Shown one piece after another: positions 60,224 to 64,000 of a DNA stretch of 64,000 nucleotides. Each line of letters starts with the position of its first letter. Position 1 is the stretch's first letter. Under the pieces are notes generated by a model that saw only the letters and a list, made by a program, of their open reading frames with translations, made no database searches and had not been told where the DNA came from. The stretch lies in NCBI GenBank assembly GCA_045637205.1, contig JAZTYY010000082.1:8822-72821 (forward strand). Direction: 5' to 3'. The translations under genes and the position numbers were made by a program. The stretch is from Eubacteriales bacterium. GTDB taxonomy: Bacteria; Bacillota; Clostridia; Oscillospirales; CAG-272.

Positions 60224-61321
60224 ATGCGTATTTTTGTTGTGATTGGCACTCGTCCTGAGGCTATAAAAATGCTGCCACTTGTAATTGAACTTAAAAAACG
60301 TGGTGAATTTGAAACTAAAGTGTGCTTTAGTGGTCAGCACGGTGAAATGGCAAAATCGGTGTTTGACGACTTTGAAATTGTACCCGATTTTATTTTTGAT
60401 GCTATGAAAAAGGGGCAGGAACTTTCAAAATTGACAAATCGCCTTCTTGAATATTTTGATATACTTTTCAAATTGGAAAAGCCTGATTTGGTGCTTGTTC
60501 ACGGTGATACCACAACAGCTTTTTGTGGTGCACTTGCAGCATTTTATTTGGGTATAAAGGTGGCACACGTTGAAGCAGGACTTAGGACGTTTGATCCCTT
60601 TTCTCCCTTTCCGGAGGAGTTTAACCGCGTGAGCATAGATGCCGTTTCGAATATTCATTTTGCACCTACCGTGGTTGCTGCGGAAAATCTTATTAGAGAG
60701 GGAAGAAAGTCAGTATTTACAGTACATAACACGGTGATTGATGCCCTTAAGTTTTCACTTTCAAGGACGATTGAATTGCCTATTTTAGATGGGTTAAAAA
60801 ATAAGAAAATATTGCTGATAACTACCCACCGTCGAGAAAATCTGGGTGAAAAAATGAGGGATGCATTGCTTGGAATAAGGGATATATTAAATGAGCGAGA
60901 TGACCTTTTTGGAATTATTCCCGTACATCCAAATCCTTGTGTTAGAGCTACTGTAGATAATGTGTTTAAAAATATCAAAAATATTAAGATTTGTTCACCG
61001 TTGCCAATGCGTGAATTTCATCATTTGTTATCGCGCGCTTTTGCTATTTTAACTGATAGTGGAGGCATTCAAGAGGAGGCAGCTTATCTTGGTGTGCCTA
61101 TATTTTTAATGCGCGATAATACTGAGCGACCTGAATGTGTTGAGCTTGGTAACGTGTGCATAGTAGGAACTCAAAGAGAGCGCGTGAAAAATACTTTTCT
61201 TTCATTTATGAATTCCCCTAATATTATGAAAAAGATGTGCAAGCCGTCACATGCTTTTGGCGACGGGACGGCAAGTGAAAAAATAGTTAAATGCCTTATG
61301 TCCATGCAAAATGAGGAGTGA
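60224..61321 (+). CDS. wecB: UDP-N-acetylglucosamine 2-epimerase (non-hydrolysing)
   Basis: Motifs present are MRIFVVIGTRPEAIKM, VHGDTTT, THRREN and TDSGGIQEEA. I chose the ATG at 60224 (AAGGAG RBS). Confidence 0.9.
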   Translation: MRIFVVIGTRPEAIKMLPLVIELKKRGEFETKVCFSGQHGEMAKSVFDDFEIVPDFIFDAMKKGQELSKLTNRLLEYFDILFKLEKPDLVLVHGDTTTAFCGALAAFYLGIKVAHVEAGLRTFDPFSPFPEEFNRVSIDAVSNIHFAPTVVAAENLIREGRKSVFTVHNTVIDALKFSLSRTIELPILDGLKNKKILLITTHRRENLGEKMRDALLGIRDILNERDDLFGIIPVHPNPCVRATVDNVFKNIKNIKICSPLPMREFHHLLSRAFAILTDSGGIQEEAAYLGVPIFLMRDNTERPECVELGNVCIVGTQRERVKNTFLSFMNSPNIMKKMCKPSHAFGDGTASEKIVKCLMSMQNEE

Positions 61322-61365
61322 AATCTTTATATTATATTATTTTTTATAAAATTTATAAAAAACCC

Positions 61366-61394
61366 TTTACAAAATGCAAAAAAAATAGTATTAT
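61366..61394 (+). promoter_or_regulatory. Sigma-A type promoter of pyrH-frr
   Basis: TTTACA (61366-61371), 17-nt spacer, TATTAT (61389-61394). Confidence 0.5.
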
Positions 61395-61457
61395 ATAATG
61401 TGATATGGCGTGTTTTGTAAAAAAACGCAAATTTTCACTCTTACGGAGGATAAAACA

Positions 61458-62174
61458 ATGGAAAACTTAACTCCAAAATATAAGAGGGTACTTTTAAAGC
61501 TTTCCGGTGAGGCGCTTGCCAAGGATTGTGACGGTATTCTCAATTTTGAATACATTGAACAAATTGCGGACGTGCTTAAAAAATGTGTGGCACAGGGTGT
61601 GCAAATTGCTGTTGTAGTTGGTGCAGGAAATATTTGGCGCGGTAGACAAAGCGGTTCAATGGATAGAGCAAGAGCTGACCAAATGGGTATGCTTGCAACT
61701 GCAATCAACTCCTTGGCGCTTGAAGAAACTTTTAACGGCACAGGTCTTAAATCTCGTGCAATGATGGTAATGGAGGTAAATTCCTTTGCTGACCCCTATC
61801 GTATAAGAGATGCAAGACGTCATCTTGATGAGGGTGAGGTTGTTATCATCGGTGGTGGCACGGGTATGCCTTTCTTCTCAACTGATACAGCGGCGGCAAT
61901 TCACGCGGCAGAAATCGGTGCTGACGTAATCCTTATGGCAAAGAACATTGACGGAATCTACACAGCTGACCCACACGTTGACCCCACAGCAAAGAGATAT
62001 GACGAAATTACATATCGCGAAATACTTGACAAGGAGCTTAAGGCTCTTGATATTCCCGCAAGTGCATTTTGTATGGAAAACGATATCAAATGCTATGCAT
62101 TTGCACTCAGTGATCCCGAAAACATCTATCGCGTAATTATGGGCGAAAAGATGGGAACTGAATTACACAGATAA
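61458..62174 (+). CDS. pyrH: UMP kinase
   Basis: Motifs present are YKRVLLKLSGEAL, VVGAGNIWRG and GGGTGMPFFSTDTAAA. I chose the ATG at 61458 (GGAGG RBS). Confidence 0.95.
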   Translation: MENLTPKYKRVLLKLSGEALAKDCDGILNFEYIEQIADVLKKCVAQGVQIAVVVGAGNIWRGRQSGSMDRARADQMGMLATAINSLALEETFNGTGLKSRAMMVMEVNSFADPYRIRDARRHLDEGEVVIIGGGTGMPFFSTDTAAAIHAAEIGADVILMAKNIDGIYTADPHVDPTAKRYDEITYREILDKELKALDIPASAFCMENDIKCYAFALSDPENIYRVIMGEKMGTELHR

Positions 62175-62206
62175 AAAAAGGAAAGAATATAAACGAGGTA
62201 AAAATT

Positions 62207-62761
62207 ATGGCATTCAACATTAAAGATTTTGAAGAAAAGATGAAAAAAACTATTGCGGCTTATGACTACAATCTTCAGTCAATCCGCGCAGGTCAGGCAA
62301 ATGCAGGCGTGCTTAACAGAGTAACATTTGAGTACTATGGCTCACCCACTCCCGTTAATACAATGGCTGATATTAGAATGGCTGACTCAAGAACACTTAC
62401 AATCACACCTTACGACGCTTCAACTCTTAAGGCAATCGAAAAGGCAATTCTTACAAGTGACATCGGAATCAACCCCTCAAATGACGGTAAGATGATTCGT
62501 CTTGTATTCCCCCAGGTAACTGAAGAAAGACGTAAAGAGCTTAAAAAGCAGATTCAGAAGATGGGTGAGGATACAAAGGTTATTATCCGTAACATCCGTC
62601 GTGATGCAAACGATGCAATTAAGAAGGGTAAGAAGGACGGCGATCTTACTGAGGACGACGTAAAGAATGCAGAAAAGAAGGTTCAGGACCTTACAGACAA
62701 CTACATCAAGGAAGTTGACGCTTGCTCTGCTAAGAAAGAAAAGGAAATTATGGCAATCTAA
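62207..62761 (+). CDS. frr: Ribosome recycling factor
   Basis: 184 aa. Motifs present are LQSIRAGQANAGVLNRV and IRNIRRDANDAIKK. Confidence 0.95.
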   Translation: MAFNIKDFEEKMKKTIAAYDYNLQSIRAGQANAGVLNRVTFEYYGSPTPVNTMADIRMADSRTLTITPYDASTLKAIEKAILTSDIGINPSNDGKMIRLVFPQVTEERRKELKKQIQKMGEDTKVIIRNIRRDANDAIKKGKKDGDLTEDDVKNAEKKVQDLTDNYIKEVDACSAKKEKEIMAI

Positions 62762-62776
62762 ATTGCTAAATGCAAC

Positions 62777-62805
62777 AAGGCGGGGCACAAAATCCCGCCT
62801 TTTTG
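62777..62805 (+). terminator. Rho-independent terminator
   Basis: AGGCGGG-gcacaaaat-CCCGCCT is followed by TTTT. Confidence 0.85.
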
Positions 62806-62865
62806 GACTATTATGCGGTGAATGAAATTTGTAAATAGTTATCGCATTGAAAAAGAGGTAAAAAG

Positions 62866-63567
62866 TTGGAAAATAAGTTAAATTTCAAGGTCGATGAAAA
62901 TTTAAAGCATATTGCTTTTATTATGGACGGTAACGGCCGTTGGGCAAAGGCGCGAGGAATGGAGCGCCCAGAGGGACACAAAGAGGGAGTTAAGGTGTTT
63001 GAACACATTGCAAACACTTGCTTTGATATTGGCATTGAGGCTGTGACCTTTTATGCCTTTTCAACTGAAAATTGGAAGCGTCCGCCTGCCGAAATAAAGG
63101 TGATTATGGGCTTGCTTTCGCACTATCTTGATAAATGTGGAAATACACTTATCAACAAAGGGGTGCGTTTTCGAGTTATCGGAGATAAATCTCAGCTTGA
63201 CAGCGGCTTGAGAAAGAGAATAGATAAGCTTGAAAATGAGAGTAAGCAATATAAAAAGGTTCTCAACGTTGCAATAAATTACGGTGGCAGGGATGAGATT
63301 GTTTATGCTTGCAATAAGCTCGTTAGTGAGGGTAAAAAAATAAACAAAGAGAATTTGTCCCTTGCGCTTTATACTGAGGATTGTATTGAACCCGATATGA
63401 TTGTTCGTACTGCGGGTGAAAAGCGCTTGTCAAACTTTTTGCTTTGGCAGGCATCGTATTCGGAGCTTTATTTCACCGATACCTTGTGGCCTGATTTTTC
63501 AGACGAAGATTTAATTATTGCTATAAATGACTTTTATACTAGACGCCGTAGATACGGTGGACTTTAA
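62866..63567 (+). CDS. uppS: Isoprenyl transferase (undecaprenyl-diphosphate synthase)
   Basis: Motifs present are HIAFIMDGNGRWAK, FSTENWKRP and RTAGEKRLSNFLLWQASYSELYF. The start is a TTG. Confidence 0.9.
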   Translation: MENKLNFKVDENLKHIAFIMDGNGRWAKARGMERPEGHKEGVKVFEHIANTCFDIGIEAVTFYAFSTENWKRPPAEIKVIMGLLSHYLDKCGNTLINKGVRFRVIGDKSQLDSGLRKRIDKLENESKQYKKVLNVAINYGGRDEIVYACNKLVSEGKKINKENLSLALYTEDCIEPDMIVRTAGEKRLSNFLLWQASYSELYFTDTLWPDFSDEDLIIAINDFYTRRRRYGGL

Positions 63568-63581
63568 GGAGGAATGAAACA

Positions 63582-64000
63582 ATGAAACAAAGAGTAATTA
63601 CAGGAGCTGTAATATTGATGCTCATTATACCGATTTGCATTTTTTCGGGAACGATTATTTTCCCAATAGTAATGGCATTTATCGGTTTTATGGGTGTTTA
63701 TGAAATGCTTGGATGCATGAAAACAAGAGATAATGACTGGATATCGACCCCTCTTTACGGTCTTGCGATTATTATGCCGTTTTTGGTTAGATATTTTGGA
63801 GATATTATTAGAAGCGATGCACTTATCATAGTTTTGATTTTGCTTGTCTATGCACTTTATTTGCTGGGTTATTGGGTGTTCTCATATGAAAAGAATCAGG
63901 AGGTAGATATGGCTCCAATTCTTTCAAGTACACTTATCTGCCTTTACATAATCGGTGCAGTTTCATCCATTATCGTAGTTCGCGACTTGGATTTTGGTGA
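63582..64000 (+). CDS. cdsA: Phosphatidate cytidylyltransferase, 3' end cut by the window edge
   Basis: It is absent from the ORF track because it has no stop in the window. The ATG at 63582 follows an AAGGAGG RBS. The polytopic hydrophobic N-terminus is MKQRVITGAVILMLIIPICIFSG. It sits in the conserved uppS-cdsA position. Confidence 0.75.
   Translation, partial: MKQRVITGAVILMLIIPICIFSGTIIFPIVMAFIGFMGVYEMLGCMKTRDNDWISTPLYGLAIIMPFLVRYFGDIIRSDALIIVLILLVYALYLLGYWVFSYEKNQEVDMAPILSSTLICLYIIGAVSSIIVVRDLDFG

Overview
The window looks like a low-GC Firmicutes chromosome, Clostridia-like and probably a spore former, since WhiA and an alpha/beta-type SASP are present. The housekeeping backbone includes a type IIA topoisomerase A subunit, tsaC, prfA, coaE, murB, whiA, dnaE, galK, rlmH, alaS with an Ala T-box leader, prfC, adhE, a tRNA-His/Arg/Gly cluster and pyrH-frr-uppS-cdsA. 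Three accessory blocks interrupt it. (i) At 14.1-19.1 kb there is a dual-HTH LuxR-type regulator and a 1106-aa Cys-rich secreted protein. (ii) At 23.0-34.7 kb there is an eight-gene, single-promoter operon. It encodes a TetR regulator, two SipW-like (ER/archaeal-type) signal peptidases, four paralogous TasA/BsaA-like secreted proteins and a 1999-aa beta-helix adhesin. One of the four paralogs is membrane-anchored and carries a cytoplasmic domain resembling the C-terminal half of ribosomal protein uL15. (iii) At 36.0-46.7 kb there is a 3086-aa BspA-type leucine-rich-repeat surface protein and a decayed phage-like gene, bracketed by a direct repeat of the 5' end and upstream region of the SASP gene. 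Block (ii) is my best candidate for an undescribed system: a SipW-dependent fibre with its own membrane base and a giant tip or cargo adhesin. I saw no rRNA, CRISPR array, transposase or integrase. All calls come from reading the sequence and ORF track by eye; no database searches were run.
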